This document shows positions 36,201 through 49,215 of a stretch of 64,000 bases of DNA, piece by piece. Under the pieces are notes generated by a model. The model was not told the origin of the DNA. It was given only the letters and a program-made list of their open reading frames with translations, and ran no database searches. The stretch is from Rhizodiscina lignyota (Eukaryota), in assembly GCA_010015805.1 (NCBI GenBank), contig ML978125.1, positions 1,922,001 to 1,986,000 on the forward strand, in the 5' to 3' direction. How positions within the stretch are numbered: position 1 is the first letter of the stretch; each line of letters begins with the position of its first letter. The position numbers were made by a program, and so were the translations under genes.

Positions 36201-37013
36201 AGGGCAAATGCATCAGTAATATCTTCAAGGTCGAGCTTCTTAGTCGATATGACTTTGCCTTGCGAATTTTTGATCTTGAACCCACTGGTTCCAGTCTTGG
36301 TGAAATGCCGCTCCACAATGATGGACTGGCCGTAAACATCTGGGTTGTACGCGCTGGGACCTTGGTTCTTGATTCTCACACTCAAAGATGCAGAATCACT
36401 ACCCTGCTTGATGAAGTCCGAGAGCTTCTGACCACGGTTTGTAACTGTTGTCTTGCCACCCAGACACAACTGCAGGGCGGTGAGAACAGCACTCTTTCCA
36501 CTTCCATTGTGACCGATTATAAAGTTGATCAGAGGTCCAAGCTCAATCGTGAGCCTTGAGTGACACATGAAGTTGGTGCATTGCACCTCTTCGATAATCG
36601 CGTTTTCGGCCGCGTGGTTTTCAGTGAATCGCGAGGCGCGCTCTTGGATTTGCTCGATTGCACGCTGTTGTTCGGTTTCGTCAGGTTGATCATCATCAAG
36701 GCCCGCGTCACGTTGAGTTGCGTAGTCAAATGGCTCATCATTCAGATGCCCATTCTCATGACCGTCGCGATCGTCAGTGTCAGAGGGAAGATCAGCAAGA
36801 ACGTCATCTTCGATGTCGGTAGGCGCGTCTCCATTGATTGTGTCCGAGACACGTTGCCTTTTGTTCAACTAGGAACTTGTTTAGCTTAATAGGGACATGA
36901 GCAGGCTGAGGACTTACGCTAGCTCTGCTCAAGCTAGATGAGGCTGTTTCAACTTCGAACACTTCCTCGCCTGCAGCAGAAGCCTTACGCTTCCTACCGT
37001 CGGCTGGTGCCAT
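33244..37013 (-). CDS. SMC6: Structural maintenance of chromosomes protein 6; exons 37013..36918, 36868..35079, 35032..34939, 34890..34616, 34564..33356, 33307..33244
   Basis: NFMCH, GHNGSGKSAVL Walker A, coiled coils with hinge (PVGPMG), LSGGEKS signature, CLDEFDVFMD Walker B and MSDPERGQ. Confidence 0.96.
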
Positions 37014-37084
37014 CTCAAGACTTCTGAACGGTGTTCAATGGCGGGTGCGAATGCTGATGAAGAAGACGGTGTGAGGTGGTTGAA

Positions 37085-37150
37085 GTCGACGCGACAGGGA
37101 GCCTGTTTGGGTAGGGCACAAGCCTTTAGCGCGTTTCACGAAATCACGTG
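37085..37150. promoter_or_regulatory. Putative MCB/SCB-like cell-cycle elements upstream of SMC6
   Basis: ACGCGA (37089), GCGCGT (37129), CACGAAA (37137) and CACGTG (37145). Confidence 0.35.
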
Positions 37151-37490
37151 ATGCCTTAGTACCACGTCTTTGCAGGGATGAAGCCGATACCAGTGGTGGG
37201 CAGTATGCAGGTTTTCACGTTTGAAAGGGGAGGGAGAGAGTGTGTGCAAAGACTGTGAAGTCGTTGCTTTCGCACGATGAGAAAAAGCCGAGAGCTTAAC
37301 TCGTGCATGCGGTGTATCCCACATGTATGTTACCCACGAACCTTGGCCCATTTCCCCCCCGGAACGCACACGCTAAAGAGCAGGCACAGCGAATGATCAG
37401 AGTAGCGAAGGATCCCAAAAAAGAAGCCTAGAAAATCAAAGCAAACCCAAAGATACCCAGCGGAGCTTGTGAAGCCTCAAAGCCAACTCC

Positions 37491-40400
37491 TCAGTAATTC
37501 CCTCCCGGAGGAGCCACAGGGTATTCCCCTGGAATGTGTAAATCCCCAACCGTAACATCCGTGTTATGCCTGATCACACTGGGAAAAATAGCACCCGTCG
37601 CCTTAGCATTTGCGTTTCCATCTCTCCCAGTATCGTATGCTGTGTGACTCTCCAAGTCGGTCCCAGCCCTCTTCGGCTCTGGAGGCACGCTTGAGATGTC
37701 CGATAGTGTTGTCGGCACGCTACTAGTTCTCCCAGCTGGACTGGAGATCGAGCTCAACCCCTCCGCTGAAGGCCGACTTTCATGGTCAGTACTACCATCG
37801 ACGGTTATGGGAATAGGGACGGTGTGGTCTTGTGCTCGTGGTGGAGGCACATTGGGACCGTCTTGTTCTTGGGCTTGTTCCGCTTCGATCCGCTTCTGTC
37901 GCCAGTATTCTTCTGCTGCAGCTGTTCCAGTTGCTCCCACCACTGCATCTGTGGCAGCTGGCGCCATCCACTCTGCATAATCCGCACTGTGTCGTTGGGG
38001 TCCATCATACATGGAGCGCTGGCCCGCTTGCGCCGCTACCGATGGATAAGGTGCAGGTGCAGTACCCGCAGTCGTGCTGCTTGCATGACGCATCGTAGGA
38101 TAACCCCCGTACGGTGCATCTCGCGGGCTAGTGACGCGATCTGCGTGCGGCTGATCGTAGGGCTGGGCCACCGACGATCTTACTCCTCTTTCGCCATACG
38201 CCGACTCGTACTGCGGTGCCATTTCCCCTGCTGCGATTCCTCCGGCCGCCAGTCCGCCAGCAGCAGTGGTAACGTCGGTGGCTCCGGCTCCGGCGCCGGC
38301 TAAACCACGGTCAAGCTCATTCTCTTCGCTCGTCCCGCTACTAGGGCTCGTTGGCGCTCGTAAGTTACGGCCTATTGCAAGATCTGACGGAAACCTCCCA
38401 CCTGGTTGTGGTCTCTTCGCCCTTTCAGCTAGCACTTCCTTCTCTGTACCCGTGCCTTCCACCACTCCGACTTCTTGCGCGGCGTGCGCGTTGGCAACGG
38501 CGTTAAGACTTGAGGCGTTGGCACTGTAAGGAACTTCGTCCGCTTCGTCCTCTTCCATACCCGAGTCGCCAGAGATGCTGCCAGCGGTGTACGACCCAGC
38601 AGACATGCTGCGGGCATGCTTGCGGACATATGCATCACGTTCTTTCCCAGTAGAACTAGTGAGCATTCTGATTGCATCATACCACGCGAGCATCGTTTCA
38701 TAGGTTTCTGCACGGAATACCCAGGAGTGCCCACGATGCATTGTGCCGGTCTGTCGACCCTTCAACATGAATTTGTGAGAAGACGAACCGGGCTGCGAAT
38801 GCGATCCCAGCTTTTGGTCGGGTAGGAAGAGGGACATAACCGGTGGTTGCGAGTAGATACGGTCCGCCGACTTGAACTCGTGAAGGTGAGTCGGTGACAG
38901 GACGTACCTAAGTTTTGGTTAGCTTTAGTGCAATAATTCTTGTAACGCGGTGGATGCGAGAATAAGTTAAAAAAAGCAACGTAAACCATGACCGAATGTC
39001 CAAGCTCAATCCGCAACTGGTCACTCACCATCCAGGCGTATAACTCTTCAAGTATTTGCTCTTCCTCTCCAACATTCCCGCTCGTACCTCGGCGGCAGCT
39101 GGATGGTCTTTTCCAGGATATTCTATTTCCTCGACTCTTCTCAATGGCACATCCGGGCCAACAAAATGGGGATCTGATTCCACAAAACGAGTCCATTCCT
39201 TATCCTTCGGTATGGTGATTGGGCCTGATCGTAATCTCTCGATGGTGTCATAGTTTTCGTCACTTTCGCGCTTCAAAATGGAAGCGAACGCATTGTACGC
39301 TTTCTGGATCTCGCCGATGACAATTGATTCGAGCTCGCGACCAGAGTGTTCAAGGTTGAGATAGGCCTGGGAGTGTTAGCTGCCTGTTGTAGAAGTGTAG
39401 CTATGCACACGCACTCTGTGGAGGTAATTCTCTTCGTCAATCTGTCTTTCCACTTGCCTATCTACGCCAAGTTTGATGACAAACGGATCCTCTTTCCCAA
39501 CGGTACTCTCGGGGTCCTGGTCAGCGGCAGCGAGAGCCTCCTCGAGATGTGCAACCATTTTCCGCGTCTGTTCTTTCTCCTTCTCGACCGAGTTTTTGAA
39601 GTCACCAGACAGTGATTTGATCTCCTTTATTTTCGCAGCCAAATCTGCCCTGAGACCGCTCAGCTGGCCTATGACATCGTTCTCGATATCGCGCGCCTTA
39701 TTTGCCTCAGTCAAAGTATGCTTGTGATAGTCTCTCAGGATGCGGTTTGCGTCGTTGATGCCACCGTCGGTGAGGAACAGAGGAGGTGCATTAGTATTGC
39801 TGATAACATTTGCGACTTTGAGGAGTGCTTTGGACCGACTATCGTAGGATGCTTGTATTTCTCTGAAATACGTTATAAGGTCTTTGAGGAATTTCCGCCA
39901 CGCTGTGATCTGTTGTTAGCTAGTTGCAAAGCGCACTCCCGTTGGAAATGAGACCATGCACCTTGAAAGCGATTTGCCAGAATATCGGTTGGGGCTCCGC
40001 TCGTAGGAATTGGTGTATAGAATACGCTATTCGATGCCGAATCTACTCTTGCACCTTCTCCATCCATGCTCACGCCCTTGATACTTCCTGCGTGTATACT
40101 TCTACGGCTTCCGCTTCTCTTCAGACTGCCCCTTTTGCTAACGCTTCCCTTCTTCTTCAAAGTATTGCTTCTCGCCACGCCGCCGACTCCCGCGCCAACG
40201 GCTCCTCCTGCGCCTGCTCCTCCCGATGATGCTGCGGACGCCGCGCGTTGCAGCCCTGCGTGCTCGAGCTCGTACACTGAGGAACCACGGTTGTCGGCTG
40301 CGGTACCAAGATCATCGAAGCGACCACTACCCATGTACACGTTCTGATGAAGCGATTGCGAGAGCGGGGACGAGTCTGTGGGGTGGCCTGGTGTGCTCGC

Positions 40401-40511
40401 GAAGTCGGCGCCAGCGATGCCACTGCCAGGCGCATTCATGCTCGTAGAGCCCACGCCATAGCCGCGCGACTGTTGCACAGAGTTGGGCGCTGGCACAGAA
40501 TTGTATGCCAT
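37491..40511 (-). CDS. Slm1-like BAR-PH domain protein; exons 40511..39962, 39902..39415, 39366..39029, 38907..37491
   Basis: PIPTSGAPTDILANRFQAWRK, QIDEENYLHRAYLNLE, PH domain GMLERKSKYLKSYTPGWYVLSPTHLHEFK and WVFRAE; tail LHIPGEYP. Confidence 0.88.
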
Positions 40512-41413
40512 TGAGGCGGTGATGCCGCCCTGGTGGATCGGCAATGTTTACACGGCCAGGCTCGAAATTCCGATAAACTTTAGTGCTGTTTACTTCTGAC
40601 TGTTGGAACAACACTGTTTCGGTATCGATTTTGTCGTTGGTAAGAGGTGAGTAAGGGTTTCCACGAGTTCTAGGCTTTATGCAGAGTGGGGTGACTCTGG
40701 TGTCGTAATGCGTGGAGCTGTGGAGCTGGCTGCCAGGGCTCGGTCCGACTAGGTTGCTCGCTAGTTCGGCAGCATGGGTCGTTTCGAAGGATATTATTTG
40801 TACTTTGAGGCGGAGCGTGAGATTACGAAAGGCTCCTGAGGCGTTGGAGGTGTAAGAGAGTGGTAAGGGTGCAGAAATGGTAGGGGTGATGGTTGTTTGC
40901 GTAGCGAAGCTCGTCGTTGAAGACTTGTGGCGCTGTCGAGACGTTACGTCAGTCCCGTCCACATCGATCGGCGACAAGCCAACCGTCACGACTGATAGTC
41001 ACGCCTGCAGATGAAAAGCTGCGATGTGCGTCTCCGTTGCATCCGAGAAATCACTCGCGCCTCACTAGGATCTACTAGTTAAGGTTGACAAGCCAAGCTT
41101 TCTGCATTCCGATCGCTTTCGGTTACTTCTGTGGAGCACGAGTCTTTGGGCTAGAGACATTGTAGCATATTGAGCGGCTGGATGGTGATGAAGAATTGTT
41201 CTGAATTACGTCATGAATTGTGCAAACGTAGAATGATCCTGATGTACATTGATTGCAGTGTGTGAAGATATCTAGTTACTTTCCCATATCTTGGCCCCTT
41301 TTCGGGGCCGTGATAGTCGCCTCCCTTTTGGATGCAATTGATGCATGGACTTTCGATCAACCTTCTATGAAACTCTCTAGCAAATGTGCCCCCACACCCG
41401 CTCCTGTCACTAC

Positions 41414-43023
41414 TCATGGACTCTCTATTTCACTCTCCTTGATGAGTGTTTCTAGAACACTCCTCCTAGTATCAGGATCCTCGGCTTCAGCGAGATATCT
41501 GACCCACTCTCTCACCAGGGGTCCATAGTCCCACGTCCTTCCATCTGCCCTCTCTTCCTCATCCCTTTGGCTGCGCTCCTCCGCCTCGTACGCACTACGA
41601 AGTCTTGCCTGGTCTATAACGAGATTCTGATGCAGCTGAAGGAGCGTACTCGGCTCTAGGTTGGGATCGTTTTCGAGGATGTGGCATGCCCTGGTCAACA
41701 CGCACGCTTTATCGATTAGAAAAGAGTCGATACCATATGCAGGTTCGGGTCCTATGAGAGGATATGATGGCTCTGGCGCGGTAACGGCCGTACCGTTCGT
41801 TACGGAGTGGGTTCCATTCGTTCTCGGCTCTCCAGAGTCTCCTCCAATGCCCCTATCACTCATTGACTTAGGTGTCAAACTCTGTTGCTGCTGAATAGGA
41901 GACTGATCACGGCCATCAGCGACAAAGTGTCTCCATCCAGGCTGAACTTCGTCCAATCGAGCCTCCAGAGCAGCGAGACTTTTGATATTCTCAGCCAAGC
42001 GTTCTTGTGCAATGAGCAGCGGATCCTTCGTCATTGCGAGGACGTTGAATTGTATGCCTTCGTTCGCAAACAGCGCCATCCGCTCCTGCATAACTGCTGC
42101 GACTTGGGTCACCCAACTGTCATCAGAGTAAGAGCCAAATTTCTGCGGCTGCTTTTCCATGCCATCCATTCGCCATATCTCACCAGATGCCGGCATGAAC
42201 GCGATGAAATGAAAGCCATTTGTATCATCCTCTTCGGGCTTCTTCTTCTTGTTATTCCTTGCTTTCGTGCCCCGATTTCTGTATCGCTTTGCTTTGTCGA
42301 ATTCGTTTTTAAAGGCTAGGTCCTGATACAACATGTCTGACTTCCTCGCCCATGAGTTGTGAGCCTGCCTTACGAAAGCAAATTCGGCAACAGCTCTTCC
42401 TCGTTCAGTGGGTGACATGTCTTTCGTTGAATCTTTGAACCTGCTGATGTGCTTTCCGAGCTCCACGTTTGGGATATTCATGACCAGATTCAATAAAGCG
42501 ACGGAAGCACACGCATTTTGCACTCTCTGATTTGCGAACCACACCTGATTAGACACTTCTTGCTCTTCCTGCTCTTCATCCAAGTCGCAGAAGCGGAAGA
42601 GGAAGATGATTCCGTGTATGGGTTTACTATGAAGCATTAGTTTAGAACACTCGTTATAGTCGATTTGGGCTACGAACGGCAGGCCGTTAAGTGTCTCATC
42701 GTCGAGGCAGAGGACTTCTTGTACTCTTGTGCCTTTGACGCCCCACTTGTTGAGGATAGAATTAAAGAACGCCTGCTATCAGATTCAGCCCATGACAGTC
42801 ATAATTTTGATGCTATTGCTCAAAGAAATAGAATTAAGTAGACGAATGAGTGACGTACTGGCTCAGACTCTATCTCGCACCATCCCTGCCACTTACGCCT
42901 ATCGTCGTCGGTCGCTGGAGCAGTTGGGGGGTTCGGAAATTGAATTTCCTTAGACATTTCGTCTTTGGCAGTTTTCGCAGCTTGTCCTTCGGTCATTTTC
43001 CTCCTCTTGCTTGATCGAGACAT
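41414..43023 (-). CDS. Ubiquitin C-terminal hydrolase (peptidase C12) with UCH37-like C-terminal domain; exons 43023..42859, 42772..42678, 42626..41414
   Basis: GWCEIESEP, GIIFLF, WFANQRVQNACAS (catalytic Cys), FHFIAF (His), MDG (Asp), and tail DYGPLVREWVRYLAE. Confidence 0.9.
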
Positions 43024-43497
43024 TTTTCGCTGCGCCAAAATAACTCTCTTGAGAAAATGGTGAGCGTCGAGTGGGGGAGCGTAAGTGCTGGAGATGTAGT
43101 AAAATCTAGAGACTTCCTTTTACTATTAAGAACTGGAATTACGTACAACTGGGGAAATTTAGTGAAGTGTACAAAGCCGCGACAATCAATGGGCATCAAA
43201 GGCAAATGAAAGAGTTGCAAAGGTGGATGGATTTGTGGCCGGAAGCTGATGCAGCCTCCCAACTGTGAACCTCCGCCAAGCCGCCCAAAACGTCACGTCA
43301 AGCTTGGAAACGCGTAAAACACGCCTTTTTCCACGTCGCGAAACACCCACTCACAAGCATTGCGCAAACCAAAAACTCCCAGCGCATAATCTCCATACCT
43401 TTGCAATTGCAACCACGAGATTTTCACACGTGTGTCGCGCTATCCAGAGAAGAAATTCGCGCCGTGGATTTCACAAAGCTCTTCAATACACGATGCA

Positions 43498-46400
43498 ATG
43501 AACGGCACTCCGCGACTCCGCTCTGCTTTCCCAGACACGCCACAAACTGATCGCAGAAGAAGTCCTGCCAACTCGCGGTATGGAGCATCTCCTGCTACTC
43601 CAGGCTCGGCCTCGCGAGCAAACGGCACTCCGCTACCTCCAGTCCCATCATCACGACCTGAGTCGTCCGCACCTCTCATCCCGTTCGATACGATAGACGC
43701 CGCCTCACAACGACTATATGTCGCGACATTCTATATTGGGCTATGGGCATGGCGGCTTTATGACTTCTACAATCTCCTTATTGACGATACGGAGAGTTTG
43801 TGGCTGTTCATGAAATGGATTGCAATAGACGGCATCTTTCTTTTTGGACTGCCGGCTTTGAGGATACCATGGCTTGAATGGAGCAGTGCTGCGATGACAA
43901 TCCTATTTTTGGCGCATGCATTATTGGATGGCATGCTAATGTTTAAAATTGGCATTCCCATCACAAGCTGGATAGCTGCTCTCGTTAAATTGCTATACGA
44001 CAGAGAGATAGCAATCTCAGAAATATCGGTCAAACCTGGCAACGTCCTCCACAATGCCTCCCTCATCATGGGGCGTCAGGTCATCCATATCCTACCAGAA
44101 GGCTCTGCGATGCTGAATCCAGAAGGCCACTCGTTTTGCCTTGGTACGACGAGGCTTGAAGTCCAGCTGCCGATTCAAATCAACCAAACAACGCCAATCT
44201 CAATCGAGCTACTCCGAATCGATTTGGATTCCATGGAGCAAGAGATTGTCACAATATCTGGATCGACCGCGAGGAAATTGAAGAGAGATGCGGCCCGAGA
44301 ACTCAAGAACGATGACACAAGCAGTCCGTTGACTCTGCGATATCCCGTAAAGAAAACAGGATACTACATCTTGTCGAAAGTTGTGGATGAGTCAAAGCTG
44401 GAAGTTCAACCACGGCGGTCACACGCTGCTGTTGTCTCTTGTCCCTCCGCAAGAGTTAAGCCGACCCTCCCTGATCGCTGCAGAGACGAGCTGTCCAACA
44501 TCGCTCTTGAAGTGCATGGGACTCCGCCATTGAAGCTTAAATATCGGAGATCTGTCAACGAGGATGAAGCGCAGCGAGGATCCTTTCAGAGCCTACAGCC
44601 CGACGACTTTGTTTCTCCTTTATCGAAGCTGCAACCCATGAGTGCTTTGACCAAGACTGGAGAGATAGATGTTTCTTGGGCGCAAGCGCGCACTGTCAAT
44701 ATTCCGCTCAATGAGACGCTGCAGACAAGTGGACTATGGAGCTACGATATCGAAGAGGTCCAAGATGGCCTGGGCAATGTCATCAGCTATGCCAAACTCT
44801 TCGAGAAGAATGAAAGGTCTAAGATCCATGCCCAGGATCTTCAACAGTCTTTCAGCGTTCACGAGAGACCAAAATTGTCATTCCGTGGATGTGATCCTCG
44901 ACATCCCCTTCGTGTTCCAAAGGGTTATTCCACATCACTCCCCTTTCAACTTGGATCTACAGGGAAAGACGGGACCATTTCTGATGTGCATAATATCGAA
45001 TACTTTTACACTCCAGAGCAAGACATCTTGCCGAGCGGAGGGCAAAGTACAAATGCGTTATCCAAACAAATTGTAATCACCCCTGGCCAGGAGCAGCATA
45101 TCCAGGAACCGGGACTCTATTCCCTTTCTTCCGTTTCGACAAACTTCTGCGGAGGAGAGGTCCTTGAGCCCTCGTCCTGCGTGCTTCAGAATCCCGCACA
45201 GCCCGATCTTTCGTTCGAGGAAGAGGACATCACCGACAAATGTGCTATGAAGCCCATCGGGAAAAAGATATCCCTCGATCTTATTGGCACCCCGCCCTTT
45301 CAAGTACGATACTCCGTTCGCCGGCCTGGCCAGAAAGGAAAGAACGAAGCCTCAAAACGATTCGATGGCCACAGAGGCGAGCTCACCCTTACACCATACG
45401 ACGCGGGAAGTTACGAATACCAGTTTGAAGATATCTCAGATGCCGTGTATCCAAACCACAATATACACGGTAAGAATCTGGTTGTACGGATGGACGTCAA
45501 GCCTCCGCCATATGCACGATTCGTTTCCGCAGGTTACGGAGTAGCAGATCAATGCATTGGCGAGCCAATCGAATTGAAAGTCTCCCTGCAGGGTGAAGGG
45601 CCTTGGGACTTGGAGTATGAGATTATCCATGCAGGCAAAAGGACGAAGTATCCTCTGAAAGACATACAGCAGAGTCCAATCACGATAGTGACTGACAAGG
45701 TGAACAACGGCGGGGATTATACGATCAGCCTCTCCAGTGTAACAGACAGCTCCGGGTGCAAAGAATATCCAAAGGAGGAGGCGAAGATTAGTGTCAGGCA
45801 TCAGCGACCAAAGGGAGGCTTTGCGCCAATCGAAGGTAAATACAGCGTAAAAGCACTACAAGGCAAGAGAGTGAGTCTGCCGGTTCGGCTGACAGGAGAG
45901 CCGACGTGGACGGTTGCGTACCAGCACCTTTCTGGGGCGTCGGAGAAAGTGACGATCATAACCATGCAAGACGCAAACGATTTTATCGACGTTGTTGAAG
46001 CCGGGACGTACAAGCTTATGGACATCAAAGATCACGTCTGCCCTGGAACAGTGGATACGGCTGCAGACAGCTTTAATGTAACATGGCTGGAGAAGCCCAA
46101 GCTTCACGTTACAGATAGCGAGCTTGTCACACACAACAGCGATACGAAGTACACAAAGAACGCCGTTTGCGAGGGTGATGAGGATAGTCTGGATCTGTCT
46201 TTCAGTGGTAAGCTGAGTTTCACGCCCCGCATACTGAATAATGCACTAATACCTTATAGGCTCCCCTCCCTTCAAACTCGCATATGAAGAACACCGTCGG
46301 CCGACAAACGGCGCCAAATCCATGCGGAAGCATGAGCTTCCTGGTGCTTTAGGTCTTGCGTCCATCCAGATGGACACAACTCAGGCTGGAGAATACGAAT

Positions 46401-47446
46401 ACAAGTTCACCCAACTCTCGGACTATAATTACGACCACGACTCTCGTGATTTCACACCAATGACAGTCTCGCAAAAGGTCTACTCCAGGCCATCTGCGCG
46501 CTTCGCCAACCCAGGCAAAACATACAGCTACTGCGCTTCAGACCACGAAGAGGCAAGCGAGACAATGGAGACCATACCGATCAAGCTGATTGGTGAGCCG
46601 CCATTCAGCATCGAAGTCGAGCTTAAGCATCATTCGGCTGCAAAGCCAGAATCAATCTCTGTCTCAAACATTCCGGGCAAGTCTTATGACCTCCGCATCC
46701 CACACCGTCACCTTCACCTGGGCAACTCTGCGCTCTCCATTCGGAAAGTGCGCGACTCGCGAGGCTGCCAGTCTGCATCTCTTCCTCTCACGCCTCCATC
46801 TCGAGAGAAAGATGGCCAGAGCAACCAACGCGTCCTTCTCTCTGTACACTCTGCTCCATCCATCACTCCTCTCGAGCCACAGACAGACTATTGCGTCGGC
46901 GACCATGTCTCTTTCAGTCTTGCCGGCCAGCCTCCCTTCAACGTCTTCTACACCTTCGAAGGCGTCGAGCGCAAGGCAAGCTCCCAATCCACCACATTCC
47001 GCCGTCTCGCCGAGAAACCCGGCGTCTTCACCATCAAGGCAGTATCCGACTCTGCCTCTACCTGCCGAGCGCCAGTCATCGATCCGCTTGCGCATGGAGT
47101 ACAGAAGAGCATACATCCTCTTCCAGCTGTACGCGTGTCCAAAGGTAGGGACACCCGCGTCGATATCCATGAGGGCGGCGAGGCGCAGATCCTATTTGAG
47201 TTCGAAGGCACGCCGCCATTTGAGTTTACGTGGACGCGTAGCTCGCTGGAGGATAGGCGCACAGGTAGGAAGGCAGAGGTGCTGGAGACTAGGACAAGTA
47301 CGAGCCAAGAGCATAGTCTGAGGGTCACGGCGAGCGAAGAAGGTGCTTATGAGGTTGTCTCTGTAAGAGACAAGTGGTGCGGTGTCAGTAAGATGGGGCA
47401 GGGAAAGGGTGGAGGTGGGAGGGCAGATAGGCTGTTGACATATTGA
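43498..47446 (+). CDS. POM152: Transmembrane nucleoporin Pom152; exons 43498..46207, 46260..47446
   Basis: MNGTPRLRSAFP, IDAASQRLY, LPALRIPWL, I.GRQVIHILPEG and repeated luminal Ig-like units (G.PPF...Y, C.G). Confidence 0.93.
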
Positions 47447-47743
47447 GGGCATCGCGAAGAGTCAAAAGCATTGCAGGCGTTCGGTCTCTCGTTGCTGCCT
47501 TTGGGATTTTGGAAGTGGCTCAAGTTTGATACCAAGTGTATAGGTTGTTAGAGAAAGGTGCGTACATCAAAGCGGGAATACCATGGTCGCTCACCTTGCT
47601 ACCATTCAAGTGGAGCTAGAAATTATCTGGTGTTTAATTTCCCAATGCACACGATGATATCATTGAGTGTTCTTTATGAATGATGTGTTGTTGCCTATCA
47701 AAACACAACGCAACCTTCATCTCTCTACTAAATTCTCCACACA

Positions 47744-48349
47744 ATGTACCTGACGTCCCCTAAATCAAGTAAATCCTCAAGCTGCAAATCCATTCACAAG
47801 ATGGCCAAGGACAAGTACACTGTTCACTACTCCGACATCCGCAGGCGATGCGAAACTCCTCCACCTCCGATCTTCCCGCATCGCAGCCAACGCTCCCCAA
47901 CACCATCGCCGGAAAAGCGCTCCAATCTTCAACGCGTTCTTTACCTCCATCATGGCGGCAGGACACTTCTCCCACGTCGCTCTGAGATTAAGAAGACCAA
48001 GGCATCCGACTGGTGCAAGGACTACGGTTTGCCATCTTTGCGCGGACTACCGATCAAGTCTTATTCCAAGATCTTCGCGCTACTCTCTGCTGGCGACAGC
48101 CCGGACCGACGGAATCTCTACACAGCGATATCACCGGGCATGAGTCTGCCGCGGAAACTTGGTCTTCTGAGCAATGTGTTCTGGGAGTACGAAACAGAAG
48201 AAGAGAGAGTGGAAGACGATGAAGATGTGAGCATGGAGGATTACGATAATGAGCAGGAAGATCAAGAGAAGCACGAGGACGAGGACGAGGAGGAATACGA
48301 GGAATATGAGGGAAGTGATGATACGAGGGACGGTGACTACAAACCTTGA
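47744..48349 (+). CDS. Hypothetical protein with basic/Pro-rich N-terminal half and acidic tail (start may be 47801)
   Basis: 201-codon ORF with strong compositional partitioning and a pyrimidine-rich leader; no family recognised. Confidence 0.45.
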   Translation: MYLTSPKSSKSSSCKSIHKMAKDKYTVHYSDIRRRCETPPPPIFPHRSQRSPTPSPEKRSNLQRVLYLHHGGRTLLPRRSEIKKTKASDWCKDYGLPSLRGLPIKSYSKIFALLSAGDSPDRRNLYTAISPGMSLPRKLGLLSNVFWEYETEEERVEDDEDVSMEDYDNEQEDQEKHEDEDEEEYEEYEGSDDTRDGDYKP

Positions 48350-49215
48350 AGGCGGAAATGATCCTGATGGAACAGAGCTGGCGTCTTTTGGAAAACTTTG
48401 GGAGAGAGCATTGTCCTGTTGGGAAGAGGAAGCGGAGTGAACCGAATCGCCGTGAGCTGGCTGTCATAGATACCGGCCGAAGCAGATGGAGAGGTCCTGT
48501 AATGTGCTATGGTCGCATTTGGAATATGCGTAGAGGAAGCTGGAGGTGCTCTGAACCTGCACCCCACGCCGTTCATCTAAAATCGTGTGCTGTAGCTGCG
48601 TGACTGCTGGCCACTCACACACCGTCCTTCCGACTCTTTCATCTAATAAAAGGCCCATGTGCATCCGTCTCGTGCCGAACCGTTTCGCGAAGGACGCTTT
48701 CCAGAGTGATCCGGCGCACAAGTTCCAAGATTGTCTTCCGCACGAATCCTTAGGCACGCCTCGGCCGTCGGTGGAGAGAAGAAGCCGCGCCTGGCTCACC
48801 GAGGCCGCCCACGGGCCCACGAGAATAGGTGATTACATGATTACAGGAGCAGGCTCCGCTAGGCAACTGTGACTCCGTGAGGCTCTGGAATTAGATCAGA
48901 CGCAGTCATTCGGAGCCAGTCACGGGGCTGGTGTAGAGATCAAATGCGCGCGATGCAGGGCCGCCGCCGCTGAACGCCCGCATTGGCCGGAGGAAGGCGG
49001 TCTATCCAGGTGCGTGGACGGTGGTTAAGGGTATCCTGCGATTCGGGCCCCATTTCGAACACATCCCTATCGACGTCACCTGAAAAAGTACGAGCTCAAA
49101 ATCCCATGCTGACCCGCTCAACTTCACACTTCCTCCCCGACAAGTGAGCACCTCTATACATACCAATTGGCTTGTCACTCTTCCCTTGACTGCCTTTGTC
49201 GTCGCTGCAGGAGCC

